Shown here piece by piece: positions 44,222-54,051 of a stretch of DNA of 64,000 bases. The notes below the pieces were generated by a model. That model saw only the letters and a list, made by a program, of their open reading frames with translations. It searched no databases and was not told the origin of the DNA. Each line of letters starts with the position of its first letter. Positions within the stretch are counted from its first letter, which is position 1. Location of the stretch: assembly GCA_040307645.1 (NCBI GenBank), contig JAWRJF010000096.1, positions 8,054 through 72,053 of the forward strand, given 5' to 3'. The position numbers and the translations under genes are program-made. This DNA is from Anaerovoracaceae bacterium. GTDB lineage: Bacteria > Bacillota > Clostridia > Peptostreptococcales > Anaerovoracaceae.

Positions 44222-45802
44222 TTATTTTTCTAAATATTCGTCATAAGTACAAAGCTTATCAACCATTCCTTCTGGGGTAATGTCTATTATTCTATTTGCT
44301 ACTGTTTGGATAAACTCATGGTCATGAGATGCAAAAAGAATATTTCCTTTAAAACTTATTAGGCCATTATTTACTGCTGTAATAGATTCCAAGTCTAAAT
44401 GGTTGGTTGGTTGATCCAAAACCAATACATTAGACCCATAAAGCATCATCTTAGATAACATACATCTTACTTTCTCTCCTCCAGATAAAACCTTCACCTG
44501 CTTAAATACGTCGTCACCTGAGAATAACATTCTTCCAAGAAATCCTCTCATAAAAGTTTCTGTAGTTTCCGCTGTATACTGTGAAAGCCATTGGATTAAG
44601 TTATAATCACATTCATTAAAGAATTTAGAGTTGTCCATTGGGAAATATGATGTTGAAATGGTTGTTCCCCATTTGTAGGTTCCCTCATCCGCCTCCATTT
44701 CTCCCATTATTATCTTGAATAAGGTTGTATTTGCAATTTCATTTTCTGATACAAAGGCAATCTTGTCATCTTTATTTACTCTAAAAGACACATTGTCAAG
44801 AACCTTAACACCATCTATTGTTTTGGATATACCTTCTACTGTCAGTATCTCCTTTCCAGGTTCTCTCTCCATGTTAAATCCAACAAAAGGGTATCTTCTA
44901 GAAGATGCAGGCATCTCCTCTATTGTAAGCTTATCTAGAAGCTTTCTTCTCGATGTTGCCTGTTTTGACTTGGATTTATTAGCTGAGAATCTCTGAATAA
45001 AGCCCTGTAATTCCTTTATTTTTTCTTCGTTCTTTTTGTTTTGATCTCTTAACATTTTTTGTATTAATTGGCTGGATTCATACCAGAATTCATAGTTACC
45101 TACGTACATTTTTATTTTGCCATAGTCAATATCTACAATATTGGTACATACTGTATTTAAAAAATGTCTGTCATGAGAAACAACAATAACTGTTCCTTCA
45201 TAATCCATTAAGAATTCTTCTAGCCAGTTTATTGCCATTACATCTAGATGGTTAGTAGGCTCGTCTAAAAGGATTATCCCTGGTTTTCCGAATAAAGCCT
45301 GAGCAAGTAGAACCTTAACCTTTTCTTTACCTGTAAGGCTTTCCATCTGGTTGTATAAAATATCGTTTGAAAGGCCTAATCCCTGGATTAGTCTACTTAC
45401 ATCTGATTCTGCTTCCCAGCCGTCCATCTCGGCAAACTCGCCTTCAAGCTCTGACGCTCTTATTCCATCTTCATCAGAAAAATCTTCCTTTGCATAGAGA
45501 GCTTCTTTTTCTTGCATTACTTTATAAAGACGCTGATTTCCCATTATCACAGTATCTAAAACAGTAAAGTCATCAAAGGCGAAGTGATCCTGCTTCAAAA
45601 CAGACATCCTAACTCCTGGCTTTACCGATACAGTTCCCGTAGAAGGCTCTAAATCACCGGATAGAATTCTAAGGAATGTGGATTTTCCAGCACCATTAGC
45701 TCCAATTACACCATAACAATTTCCCGGTCCGAATTTTAAATCTACATCTTTAAACAAAAACTGACCACCAAAGTTTAAACTTAAGTTATTTACATTAATC
45801 AT
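44222..45802 (-). CDS. ABC-F family ATPase (two NBDs, no TMD)
   Basis: 526 aa. Two Walker A motifs (GANGAGKST and a second NBD), signature motifs LTGKEKVK and LSGGEKVR, and an inter-domain basic linker. Confidence 0.88.
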   Translation of the reverse strand: MINVNNLSLNFGGQFLFKDVDLKFGPGNCYGVIGANGAGKSTFLRILSGDLEPSTGTVSVKPGVRMSVLKQDHFAFDDFTVLDTVIMGNQRLYKVMQEKEALYAKEDFSDEDGIRASELEGEFAEMDGWEAESDVSRLIQGLGLSNDILYNQMESLTGKEKVKVLLAQALFGKPGIILLDEPTNHLDVMAINWLEEFLMDYEGTVIVVSHDRHFLNTVCTNIVDIDYGKIKMYVGNYEFWYESSQLIQKMLRDQNKKNEEKIKELQGFIQRFSANKSKSKQATSRRKLLDKLTIEEMPASSRRYPFVGFNMEREPGKEILTVEGISKTIDGVKVLDNVSFRVNKDDKIAFVSENEIANTTLFKIIMGEMEADEGTYKWGTTISTSYFPMDNSKFFNECDYNLIQWLSQYTAETTETFMRGFLGRMLFSGDDVFKQVKVLSGGEKVRCMLSKMMLYGSNVLVLDQPTNHLDLESITAVNNGLISFKGNILFASHDHEFIQTVANRIIDITPEGMVDKLCTYDEYLEK

Positions 45803-46300
45803 TTATATCTCCATTTTCTCTATTATTTTTTCTATTATTTCTTCTATTTTTAATCCCTCTGCATCGATTATGACATCTGCATTTTTTTCATATAAGGGAA
45901 TTCTATAATTATATAAATCCTCTATAGTCTGTCCCTCACCTAAAGTAACTCCTCGAGTCTTTATATTATTCAATCTTTCTAAAATAGTATCTAGGGACAC
46001 TTTCAGGTATATCACCTTGCCATTTTGCTTCATTTTATTTATAGCGTTCTCAAAGTAAATTGCACTTCCTCCCGTAGCCACTACACAGTTTTCACCTTGA
46101 AAAGTATTAAGTACATTTTCTTCCACATGATGAAAGTAATCATTTCCTTTTTCATTGATGATTTCCTGAAGCTTCTTACCTTCTGTCTCTTGAATTAAAA
46201 TATCTGTATCCACAAAACCTTTATTAATAGTTTTCGCCAAAACAACACCTACAGTGCTTTTACCGCAGGCTGGCATTCCAACTAGTATTATGTTTGACAT
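45803..46300 (-). CDS. aroK: Shikimate kinase
   Basis: 165 aa. Walker A GMPACGKST and the DTD motif (FVDTDILIQ). Confidence 0.85.
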   Translation of the reverse strand: MSNIILVGMPACGKSTVGVVLAKTINKGFVDTDILIQETEGKKLQEIINEKGNDYFHHVEENVLNTFQGENCVVATGGSAIYFENAINKMKQNGKVIYLKVSLDTILERLNNIKTRGVTLGEGQTIEDLYNYRIPLYEKNADVIIDAEGLKIEEIIEKIIEKMEI

Positions 46301-46349
46301 TGTCCTTCTCCTTGTTTTAGTCTTATCTTTTTAGAAGTTTTTCTTACAA

Positions 46350-46946
46350 TTATTTAAAATCCAAGGTGATTTGTTCTGCACCACCTTCATATCCATTAAG
46401 ATCACTTTCTTCATCTCCATTTATAGCACTTTCTATATCTTCAATTTCAGGAAGTTCCTTTATACTTTTAAAACCAAATTGTTTTAGGAAAGTGTCTGTG
46501 GTGCCATATAAAATAGGCCTGCCAATGGCATTGGAGCGCCCCTTCTCTTCAATAAGATCTTTCTTTCCAAGTCCCTCGATTACTCTATCGCACTTTACAC
46601 CTCTAATTGACTCAATCTCACCTTTTGTCACAGGCTGCTTATACGCAACGATAGCTAATACCTCTAAAGCGGATTGGGATAGCTTTTTTATCTTTACAGG
46701 CGTGCACAGTCTCTCAATATATTCAGCATTTTCAGCCCTTGTTACGAACTGAAAAGTTTTATTTATCTCTCTTATTACGATTCCTCTGCCTTCTTGCTCA
46801 TACTCTTGTTGCAACTCTAAAAAATAATCATAGGCATCGGCTTTACTAATATTAAAAATATCTGCAACAGTTTTTACGTCTAAAGGCTCTCCCCAAACAT
46901 ACATCATAGATTCGAAAGCGGATTTTATAGTTTTTTTACTGTTCAT
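46350..46946 (-). CDS. scpB: Segregation and condensation protein B
   Basis: 198 aa with tandem winged-helix pattern (ALEVLAIVAYKQPVTKGEIESIRGV). It overlaps scpA. Confidence 0.9.
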   Translation of the reverse strand: MNSKKTIKSAFESMMYVWGEPLDVKTVADIFNISKADAYDYFLELQQEYEQEGRGIVIREINKTFQFVTRAENAEYIERLCTPVKIKKLSQSALEVLAIVAYKQPVTKGEIESIRGVKCDRVIEGLGKKDLIEEKGRSNAIGRPILYGTTDTFLKQFGFKSIKELPEIEDIESAINGDEESDLNGYEGGAEQITLDFK

Positions 46947-47703
46947 CCCTTAAAGTCTCCTCATCATATTCTTTCACCATAATATCTCCATAAATTGATT
47001 TCTGATCAGCATCTAATACTCTATCCCTCATCATCTGTAGAACAGAAACAAAGGTGACTACAATATCGTAACGATCTTTTTTCTCAGGAATCAACTCTTT
47101 AATATTAAAAGTTTTCTTTATCCCTCCCAAAGCTGTTTTAAACATACTTTTTATATAGCGCATTCGATCTTCAATTGTAGCTTTCTGTCTTTCAACTCTG
47201 GTGTAGTGACGCTTTACTTCATCCATTCTTTTTTTCTTACTCAAGAAAAGCTCAAAAGCATTTGCAAATTGTTTTAAATCAAGAGACAAATATTCATCAG
47301 GCTCGTTGAGATATTGAGAAATATCTTCTTTAGGTTTTTCATATATTAAGGTCATATAATCCTCTCTCTCAGAAAGAATATTAGCCCCTTTCTTAAACTT
47401 CTTATATTCAATTAATCGCTGAACCAGTTCACTTCTAGGATCATCCTCAACAATGTTCTCACCCTCTTTGGTCATCCTTGGCAAAATCATCTTTGATTTT
47501 ATTTCAATAAGTGATGCTGCCAGCACCATAAATTCTGTAGCTACGACGATATCCATTCGTTTCATGTTTTCTATGTACTCTAAATACTGGCTTGTGATTT
47601 CCGAAACCTGAATATCATAAATACTCATCTCTGCATTTTCAATCAAATATACAAGCAAGTCAAAAGGTCCCTCAAAAGATTCAAGTTTTACCTTATAGCT
47701 CAT
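46936..47703 (-). CDS. scpA: Segregation and condensation protein A (kleisin)
   Basis: 255 aa with the FEGPFDLLVYLI N-terminal motif. Confidence 0.9.
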   Translation of the reverse strand: MSYKVKLESFEGPFDLLVYLIENAEMSIYDIQVSEITSQYLEYIENMKRMDIVVATEFMVLAASLIEIKSKMILPRMTKEGENIVEDDPRSELVQRLIEYKKFKKGANILSEREDYMTLIYEKPKEDISQYLNEPDEYLSLDLKQFANAFELFLSKKKRMDEVKRHYTRVERQKATIEDRMRYIKSMFKTALGGIKKTFNIKELIPEKKDRYDIVVTFVSVLQMMRDRVLDADQKSIYGDIMVKEYDEETLRDEQ

Positions 47704-48620
47704 ACTTTCTCCTTTTCCTCCATGGCAATATTATAATTATAATATAGTAAACCAATTACAACTATTACTGCGCCAAAATATTCCCATGATGTAGGCACTT
47801 GTCCCAAAAAAATAATACCCATAATTATTGCAAAAACAGATTCTCCTGATTCCCATGTAGAAACATATAGAGAGTCAACATAGCCAAAGCACCAGTTAAA
47901 TACTGCATGGGCACCAATTTGGCATACAAATGTCATTGCAACGATATAACCATAGTCTGAAGTGCTGTATCCAAGGGCCGGCGTTCCAGTTACTATCATA
48001 CCTGCTACAAAACATATCCAGCAACTTCCAAAAACTAAAAACACATAAGTACTAGCGGGAACTCTTTGTCTTACTTCATTTCCGATTGCAAAGTATAATC
48101 CCATAAACACAGCCGCCAAGAATGCCAGTACATCTCCAGCAAAATGTCCTTGCGTCAACTGGTTATAATCAAGCCCCGCAATTAAAGTTCCTCCCAGAAG
48201 TGCCAAGACAATACCCATAATAGGTCTAATCCCTACTTTTTTTCTAAATACAAAAATTGTAACTAGCAGCACCACCAATGGATGCAATGCAGCCAAAACT
48301 GAAGCACTAGTTATGTTAGTAAGCTTCACAGCGTTAAACCAAGTAAAAAAGTGCCCGAACAAAAATGCCCCCGCAACAAAAGTAAGAATATAATCTTTTT
48401 TTGTTATTTTACTAAAATTATTTTTATATTTTGTCAAAGCCGGAATAGCAAAAAATGGCAAACCCATGGTCAATCTCCAAAAGCCTATGGCCATAGACGG
48501 AGCTTCAATGACTGACCCAAAGATTCCAGATGTAGAACCTGCCATAACTGCCATTACAACTATTATTTTTACATTTCGGGCAAAAAAGCCCTTTCTCTGA
48601 TTTTCCGTTATTTCTCCCAT
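47700..48620 (-). CDS. EamA/DMT-family transporter
   Basis: 306 aa with a ten-TM duplicated EamA-like architecture. Confidence 0.75.
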   Translation of the reverse strand: MGEITENQRKGFFARNVKIIVVMAVMAGSTSGIFGSVIEAPSMAIGFWRLTMGLPFFAIPALTKYKNNFSKITKKDYILTFVAGAFLFGHFFTWFNAVKLTNITSASVLAALHPLVVLLVTIFVFRKKVGIRPIMGIVLALLGGTLIAGLDYNQLTQGHFAGDVLAFLAAVFMGLYFAIGNEVRQRVPASTYVFLVFGSCWICFVAGMIVTGTPALGYSTSDYGYIVAMTFVCQIGAHAVFNWCFGYVDSLYVSTWESGESVFAIIMGIIFLGQVPTSWEYFGAVIVVIGLLYYNYNIAMEEKEKV

Positions 48621-48633
48621 TCATTACCTCATA

Positions 48634-49686
48634 CTATTTATTAAAAAGTTTTGCTAAATTTTCTTTATATGGTGGTTTTACAATTCCCTTTTCCGTTATA
48701 ACAGCAGTGATATATTGGGCCGGTGTAACGTCAAATGAAGGGTTATATGTCTTAACTCCCCTAGGTGCCATGTCCTTTTCATACCACATTTTGTATATTT
48801 CTTCACCTTCTCTTAATTCTATATGTATGTCATCTCCTGTTTCTGTTTCCATATCTATAGTAGACGTCGGTACAAACATATAAAAAGGTATATTATACTC
48901 TTTAGCTAAAATAGCTACTCCCGATGTTCCTATTTTATTGGCCCCATCCCCATTGGCAGCCATTCTATCACAGCCAACTACTACTGCATCTATCCATCCA
49001 TTTTTCATAACAATAGATGCCATATTATCGCAAATTAAGGTTACATCTACTCCCGACTTATGTAATTCCCAAGAAGTAAGTCTGGCTCCTTGTAGCAGGG
49101 GCCTTGTCTCATCAGCAAAAACTCTAAAATCGTACCCTCTTTGTTGACCTAAATATATTGGAGCAAGGCATGTTCCGTATTTTGCCGTGGCAATTGTTCC
49201 AGCATTACAATGTGTTAAAATTCCCATACCTTTAGAAAGCAATGTCAGCCCATGTTCTCCCATAGCATAACAAGCCTCTTCATCTTCTTTTCTTATTTTT
49301 TCCGCTTCTTCTAAAAGTAATTTTTTCCCATCAGAAACAGAATTACAGCCTGATTCTTTTAATACATTCCAAGCCCTTTTTACTGCCCATGAAAGATTTA
49401 CAGCAGTAGGTCTTGCTGTTATTAAATAATCCTTTACAGCTTCCACGTCCGCCATAAAAGTTTCCAGGTCTTTATATTCCCTGTTTTTTACAGAAATGTA
49501 TAAACCATATGCCGCTGCAACTCCAATAGCTGGGGCTCCTCTTACTTTTAATTTATATATGGCATCCCAAACATCTTCTTTTGTAATCATCTCCTCATAT
49601 ACCTCTTCGCCGGGTAATCTGGTCTGATCCAAAACAAAAAACCTGCCATCGTAATATTTAATTGGTGATATATCAAAAACGTTCAT
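48634..49686 (-). CDS. mtnA: S-methyl-5-thioribose-1-phosphate isomerase (eIF-2B alpha/beta/delta family)
   Basis: 350 aa. LKVRGAPAIGVAAAYG and GCDRMAANGD motifs. Confidence 0.85.
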   Translation of the reverse strand: MNVFDISPIKYYDGRFFVLDQTRLPGEEVYEEMITKEDVWDAIYKLKVRGAPAIGVAAAYGLYISVKNREYKDLETFMADVEAVKDYLITARPTAVNLSWAVKRAWNVLKESGCNSVSDGKKLLLEEAEKIRKEDEEACYAMGEHGLTLLSKGMGILTHCNAGTIATAKYGTCLAPIYLGQQRGYDFRVFADETRPLLQGARLTSWELHKSGVDVTLICDNMASIVMKNGWIDAVVVGCDRMAANGDGANKIGTSGVAILAKEYNIPFYMFVPTSTIDMETETGDDIHIELREGEEIYKMWYEKDMAPRGVKTYNPSFDVTPAQYITAVITEKGIVKPPYKENLAKLFNK

Positions 49687-49744
49687 AAAGCCTCCTTTTA
49701 GTAAATCATATTATATCATATTTTTCTTTTTTTAAAAACAAAAA

Positions 49745-49776
49745 GAACTACTTAGCCTATTTTAGGTAAGTAGTTC
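49745..49776 (-). terminator. Terminator after the distal SLT paralog
   Basis: Perfect 10-bp stem GAACTACTTA/TAAGTAGTTC, followed by TTTTTGTTTTT on the minus strand. Confidence 0.75.
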
Positions 49777-49808
49777 TCGTTTCTCTGGTTTCTATTAATA
49801 TGCTATTA

Positions 49809-50486
49809 TTAAATATATCCCCTATTTTTTAAGTATGATCTAATGTTTTTTCGTTCTTTTAGTATTTTATTTTGGAATCCTTTTCTATAACATCCCTTTC
49901 TAACTGCATACTCACCGTATCCGTATGCAGAAATCCCTTTAGATACGCTATTTAGTCTTTTTACCATGCCTCCCAGGTAGCGTGCACCAACGTTAATACT
50001 AACATTGGCCTTAAGTAATGAGGATGGTTTATATCCATATTTTCTTGCAACTGCATTACTTGTTTGCATTAGTCCCTTATATCCTGCCGGATTTTTAGCT
50101 TTACTGTAAAACGTGCTTTCATTTTTAGCTATTGCCATAAGTATCTTCTCATCAACGTTATACTTATTCCCTGCCTTAATGAAATATCCTGCCATATTGT
50201 TAGATTCTTTTTTACCCACTCTTGGATTTACGTGTCTTATATAAGCTGCTAATCCTTTTTTGTATCTTTCTTGTTTTTTTACTTTTTCCCCTTTAGAATT
50301 TTTGTCAGCAAGTTTAGTTAAGATTTTTTCCCCAGAATCCTTGGTGACAATTTCTTCCGCGCGGCTTTCATTTTCTGAAATTGCACTGACATCTCCAGTG
50401 CTTATGTCTGTAGCATAACAAATAGAAATTGATGAGAAAGTGACCATGGTAATCGTCAGCCACACTAATACTAGCTTCTTTGCCAT
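49809..50486 (-). CDS. Secreted lytic transglycosylase (SLT) domain protein, paralog 1
   Basis: 225 aa. Signal peptide plus the SLT catalytic region (AIAKNESTFYS...GLMQ). Confidence 0.8.
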   Translation of the reverse strand: MAKKLVLVWLTITMVTFSSISICYATDISTGDVSAISENESRAEEIVTKDSGEKILTKLADKNSKGEKVKKQERYKKGLAAYIRHVNPRVGKKESNNMAGYFIKAGNKYNVDEKILMAIAKNESTFYSKAKNPAGYKGLMQTSNAVARKYGYKPSSLLKANVSINVGARYLGGMVKRLNSVSKGISAYGYGEYAVRKGCYRKGFQNKILKERKNIRSYLKNRGYI

Positions 50487-50586
50487 TTTGCTTCTCCTCT
50501 TTTTCTTTTTTTCATCTTTTCTTGGTCAAGATGACTATTACATTATATTTTAAAGACAAAACTAAATCACCCTTAGTAATATATCT

Positions 50587-50603
50587 TTCACAATACTTTC
50601 ACA
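50587..50603 (-). promoter_or_regulatory. Direct repeat TGTGAA-N5-TGTGAA upstream of SLT paralog 1
   Basis: The minus strand reads TGTGAAAGTATTGTGAA, 101-117 nt upstream of the ATG, with an 11-bp period. Confidence 0.4.
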
Positions 50604-50777
50604 GCTTTTTTGCTGTATTGTTTTTATGAATAAATAATTATAATATTTTTTGTTTATATGGCATAAATTAATGCAATTACCAATAAAAAAGCTGCCCTCT
50701 TGAACCTATAATTTAAGAGCACAGCTTCTTTTTTTCTATTTACACTTTTTTGTCGATTAGATTTTTTATCCTCTGTG

Positions 50778-51512
50778 TCAGTTGCTATCTACGTAATTAT
50801 TTATATCCTGGATATATGAAGTTATCATTTCAGCATATCTAGTTGAATAATTACCAGAATGAACTGAACCGGAACCTTGATTATATGCTGTTAGTGCCAA
50901 AGTTCTGTCTCCGAACTCCTTGAATTTGTCTTTCAAATATTTTGCACCAACTTTTATACTTACATTTGGATTATATAAATCTCCTGGTTCATATCCTGCT
51001 GTTCTTGCAATACCATCTCCAGTTTGCATTAGACCTTTAAAATCTTCAGAGCTAGTAGCATCACTATAAAATGTGCTTTCCTTCTGGGCAAGTGCCATAA
51101 TTAATTTTTCATCTAAATTGTATTTTTTAGCAGCGTCCATAAAATATTCTACATATTTTAAAGATTGCTCATGTGTTACATTTCTATTGACTTTGCGAAT
51201 ATAAGCAGCTAAACCCTGGCGATATTCCCTAGCTTGTTCTTCCTTCTGTCGTTTTATTTTTTCTTTTTCTATTTTCTCTTTTAGCCAAGCTTCTTGGCTT
51301 TTCCTCACCTCAGTAGAGGCGATCAATGTGCGGCTTTCTTCTTCCTCATCTGCGTCTAAAACGCGTTCAAGCTCTAAGACACGTGCAGCCTCATCTAAGC
51401 TTGATTTTGGAATAAAAAAATCTCCCTGTGTGTTTTCATCTGCATAAATAGAAATTGATGAGAAAGTTATCATGGTAATTGACAGCCACACAATTCTTAG
51501 CTTCTTTGCCAT
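50778..51512 (-). CDS. Secreted lytic transglycosylase (SLT) domain protein, paralog 2
   Basis: 244 aa. Near-identical signal peptide to paralog 1, a Glu/Lys-rich linker, and an SLT region (ALAQKESTFYS...GLMQ). Confidence 0.8.
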   Translation of the reverse strand: MAKKLRIVWLSITMITFSSISIYADENTQGDFFIPKSSLDEAARVLELERVLDADEEEESRTLIASTEVRKSQEAWLKEKIEKEKIKRQKEEQAREYRQGLAAYIRKVNRNVTHEQSLKYVEYFMDAAKKYNLDEKLIMALAQKESTFYSDATSSEDFKGLMQTGDGIARTAGYEPGDLYNPNVSIKVGAKYLKDKFKEFGDRTLALTAYNQGSGSVHSGNYSTRYAEMITSYIQDINNYVDSN

Positions 51513-51616
51513 ATTTTTTCTCCTCTTTTTCTTTTACCTTCCAAAAAAATATTATTAATGAAAGACTTTACTATTATAAACATGAGTAATATTTTTTACA
51601 CACTTCAACGGTATAA

Positions 51617-51633
51617 TTCACGCGTATTTCACA
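51617..51633 (-). promoter_or_regulatory. Direct repeat TGTGAA-N5-CGTGAA upstream of SLT paralog 2
   Basis: The minus strand reads TGTGAAATACGCGTGAA, 105-121 nt upstream of the ATG. The period and position match paralog 1. Confidence 0.4.
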
Positions 51634-51787
51634 ATAGTTCCATATTATTATATGTAAAAAACAATTTTTGGGTGTTTTTTTATCGAGAAATTACAATGTT
51701 TTCAAATAAAATACAATCTTGATATATCATGGTTTATGCCATATACTAAAAGAATAAAATTATTAAAAGAAAAAGGATTTATTATAT

Positions 51788-52033
51788 ATGAAGTTAAGTG
51801 AATTAGAAACAGGTAAAAAGTGTACCATTATATCTGTTGGTGGAAAAGGTGCCTTGAGAAGAAGATTACTTGATTTAGGCTTGACGCCAAAAACAACCCT
51901 TATGGTTCGTAAAGTAGCTCCTCTTGGTGACCCTATCGAAGTTTTTCTAAGAGGCTATGAGCTTACCCTTAGAAAAGATGAAGCCTTTGAGCTTGAAGTA
52001 GAAGAAATAACTGACCAGGAGGTAAAACCTTGA
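51788..52033 (+). CDS. feoA: Ferrous iron transport protein A (FeoA, SH3-like)
   Basis: 81 aa with LSELETGKKCTIISV...LLDLGLTP motifs. It overlaps feoB by 4 nt. Confidence 0.85.
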   Translation: MKLSELETGKKCTIISVGGKGALRRRLLDLGLTPKTTLMVRKVAPLGDPIEVFLRGYELTLRKDEAFELEVEEITDQEVKP

Positions 52034-54051
52034 CCACATCAATAAATATAGCACTAGCAGGAAACCCTAATTCCGGATTAACAACTTTGTTCAATCAAAT
52101 GACAGATGGTATTCAGCATAACGGTTTCTTTTCAACCCAAAATAACAAGACTAAAGAAGGTCCGGTCAAGTATCACAAAGGTGTAAATGTCATCGAACTT
52201 CCCGGCATGTATTCTCTTTCAGAATACACCGTAGATGACATTGCCAACCGCCATATTTTACTAAAAGGGCGTCCTGATGTAATTATCAATGTGGTTGACG
52301 CGACTAATTTTGAGCGGAATCTCTATTTAACACTCCAGCTTATGGAACTAGGTATTCCAATGGTTTTAGCCTTAAATATGATGGATGAAGTTCATGGCAA
52401 TAAAATTTCTATAGACCTGATGAAACTTTCATCCCGGTTGACAATACCGGTTCTTCCTATTTCTGCAAGTAAGAATAAAGGAATTCATGATTTGATCCAT
52501 TATGCCATAGAAGCTGCAAAAAATATGGTTGTTCCTGAAAGAATTGACTTTTGTAAAGGTCATGTTCACACAGCAATTCATTCGATTAGTCACATCATCG
52601 AAGAAAATGCAGCTGCCGCCAGCTTGCCCTTAAGATTTTCCACAACGAAAATCGTAGAAGGTGATAAGCCGATTATTAACGAGCTAAACATCGACCATGA
52701 TGATCTAGTCATTATAAACCATATTATTAAAGATATGGAACACCATCTAGATACCGACAGAGAGGCGGCCATAGCCGATATGCGCTACGCCTTTATTGAA
52801 GATATATGCAGAGATGTCATAAAAAAACCTACACAAAGCACTAAAGAGCACCAACGTTCATTGAAAATCGATAGAATTCTCACCCACAGATTCTTTGCAA
52901 TACCCATATTTCTTGGAATAATGTTCATCGTATTCTTCTTGACTTTTGGAAGCGTAGGAACATGGTTAAGTGATATTTTATCAATCGGCGTAAATTTTGT
53001 AATAGAAAAAATCGGTGATGCCCTTGTTGTGGCAGGTGTTAGTGATGTTCTCTATTCCCTAGTAATTGACGGAATATGCGCAGGTGTTGGCAGCGTTATT
53101 TCATTCTTACCTATAATAGCTGTACTCTTTTTCCTTCTTTCTATTTTGGAAGACAGTGGATATATGCCCAGAGTTGCTTTTGTAATGGACAAACTCCTAG
53201 GTAAATTAGGTCTTTCTGGACGTTCAATAGTCCCAATGCTTATTGGCTTTGGCTGTTCTGTTCCTGCTATTATGGCAACTAGATCTCTACCTAGCAAAAG
53301 AGACAGAAGCCTTACAATTACTTTGATTCCATTTATGTCATGCAGCGCAAAGCTTCCACTATATGCAATGATAACAGCTGCTTTTTTTGCTGAAAGAAGC
53401 GGTCTTGTAATGATTGCACTATATTTGACAGGTATTATTGTTTCTATAATTATTGCGTTAATTTTTAATAAAACATTATTTAAAGGCGATCCCGTTCCAT
53501 TTATTATGGTATTGCCGCCTTATCGAGTTCCGGCATACAAAAGCGTAATGCTCAGGGTATGGGAGAACGTAAAAGGATTTATAAAAAAAGCTTTTACTGT
53601 AATCTTTCTGGCAACTATTGTTATTTGGTTCTTGCAAAGCTTTGATTTTAAGTTAAATATGGTAGCTACCGCAGAAGACAGTATTTTAGCATCCATAGGA
53701 AAGTTTGTATCGCCAATTTTCCAGCCTCTAGGCTTCGGTGACTGGCGTGCAGCAACTGCACTTATTACCGGCCTCTCTGCAAAAGAAGCTGTAGTAAGTA
53801 CAATGGCAGTTCTTACAGGAGCTACAGGTGGTAGGACTTTATCTGCTATGCTTTCCCAAATGTTCACACCACTGTCGGCCTTTTGCTTCCTGGTATTCTG
53901 TCTTCTTTATATGCCTTGTATCGCCACTCTAGCCACAATAAGGAGAGAAATGGGGGGTTGGAGATATGCTTTTGGTGTAGTACTTTTTCAAACTACAGTA
54001 GCATGGATTGTTTCGTTTATTATTTATAATATAGGAGGGTTATTTATATGA
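52030..54051 (+). CDS. feoB: Ferrous iron transporter FeoB homolog with a degenerate G-domain
   Basis: 673 aa. The FeoB-type N-terminal G-domain and C-terminal permease are clear. However G1 reads GNPNSGLT (Leu where the P-loop Lys is expected), and the switch-I region lacks the GVTVE threonine. Confidence 0.85.
   Translation: MTTSINIALAGNPNSGLTTLFNQMTDGIQHNGFFSTQNNKTKEGPVKYHKGVNVIELPGMYSLSEYTVDDIANRHILLKGRPDVIINVVDATNFERNLYLTLQLMELGIPMVLALNMMDEVHGNKISIDLMKLSSRLTIPVLPISASKNKGIHDLIHYAIEAAKNMVVPERIDFCKGHVHTAIHSISHIIEENAAAASLPLRFSTTKIVEGDKPIINELNIDHDDLVIINHIIKDMEHHLDTDREAAIADMRYAFIEDICRDVIKKPTQSTKEHQRSLKIDRILTHRFFAIPIFLGIMFIVFFLTFGSVGTWLSDILSIGVNFVIEKIGDALVVAGVSDVLYSLVIDGICAGVGSVISFLPIIAVLFFLLSILEDSGYMPRVAFVMDKLLGKLGLSGRSIVPMLIGFGCSVPAIMATRSLPSKRDRSLTITLIPFMSCSAKLPLYAMITAAFFAERSGLVMIALYLTGIIVSIIIALIFNKTLFKGDPVPFIMVLPPYRVPAYKSVMLRVWENVKGFIKKAFTVIFLATIVIWFLQSFDFKLNMVATAEDSILASIGKFVSPIFQPLGFGDWRAATALITGLSAKEAVVSTMAVLTGATGGRTLSAMLSQMFTPLSAFCFLVFCLLYMPCIATLATIRREMGGWRYAFGVVLFQTTVAWIVSFIIYNIGGLFI

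Noticed and set aside
51513-51787. Fur box upstream of feoA
   Set aside because: Only short AT-rich palindromes such as TGATATATCA are present. Nothing approaches the 19-bp GATAATGATAATCATTATC consensus well enough to call.
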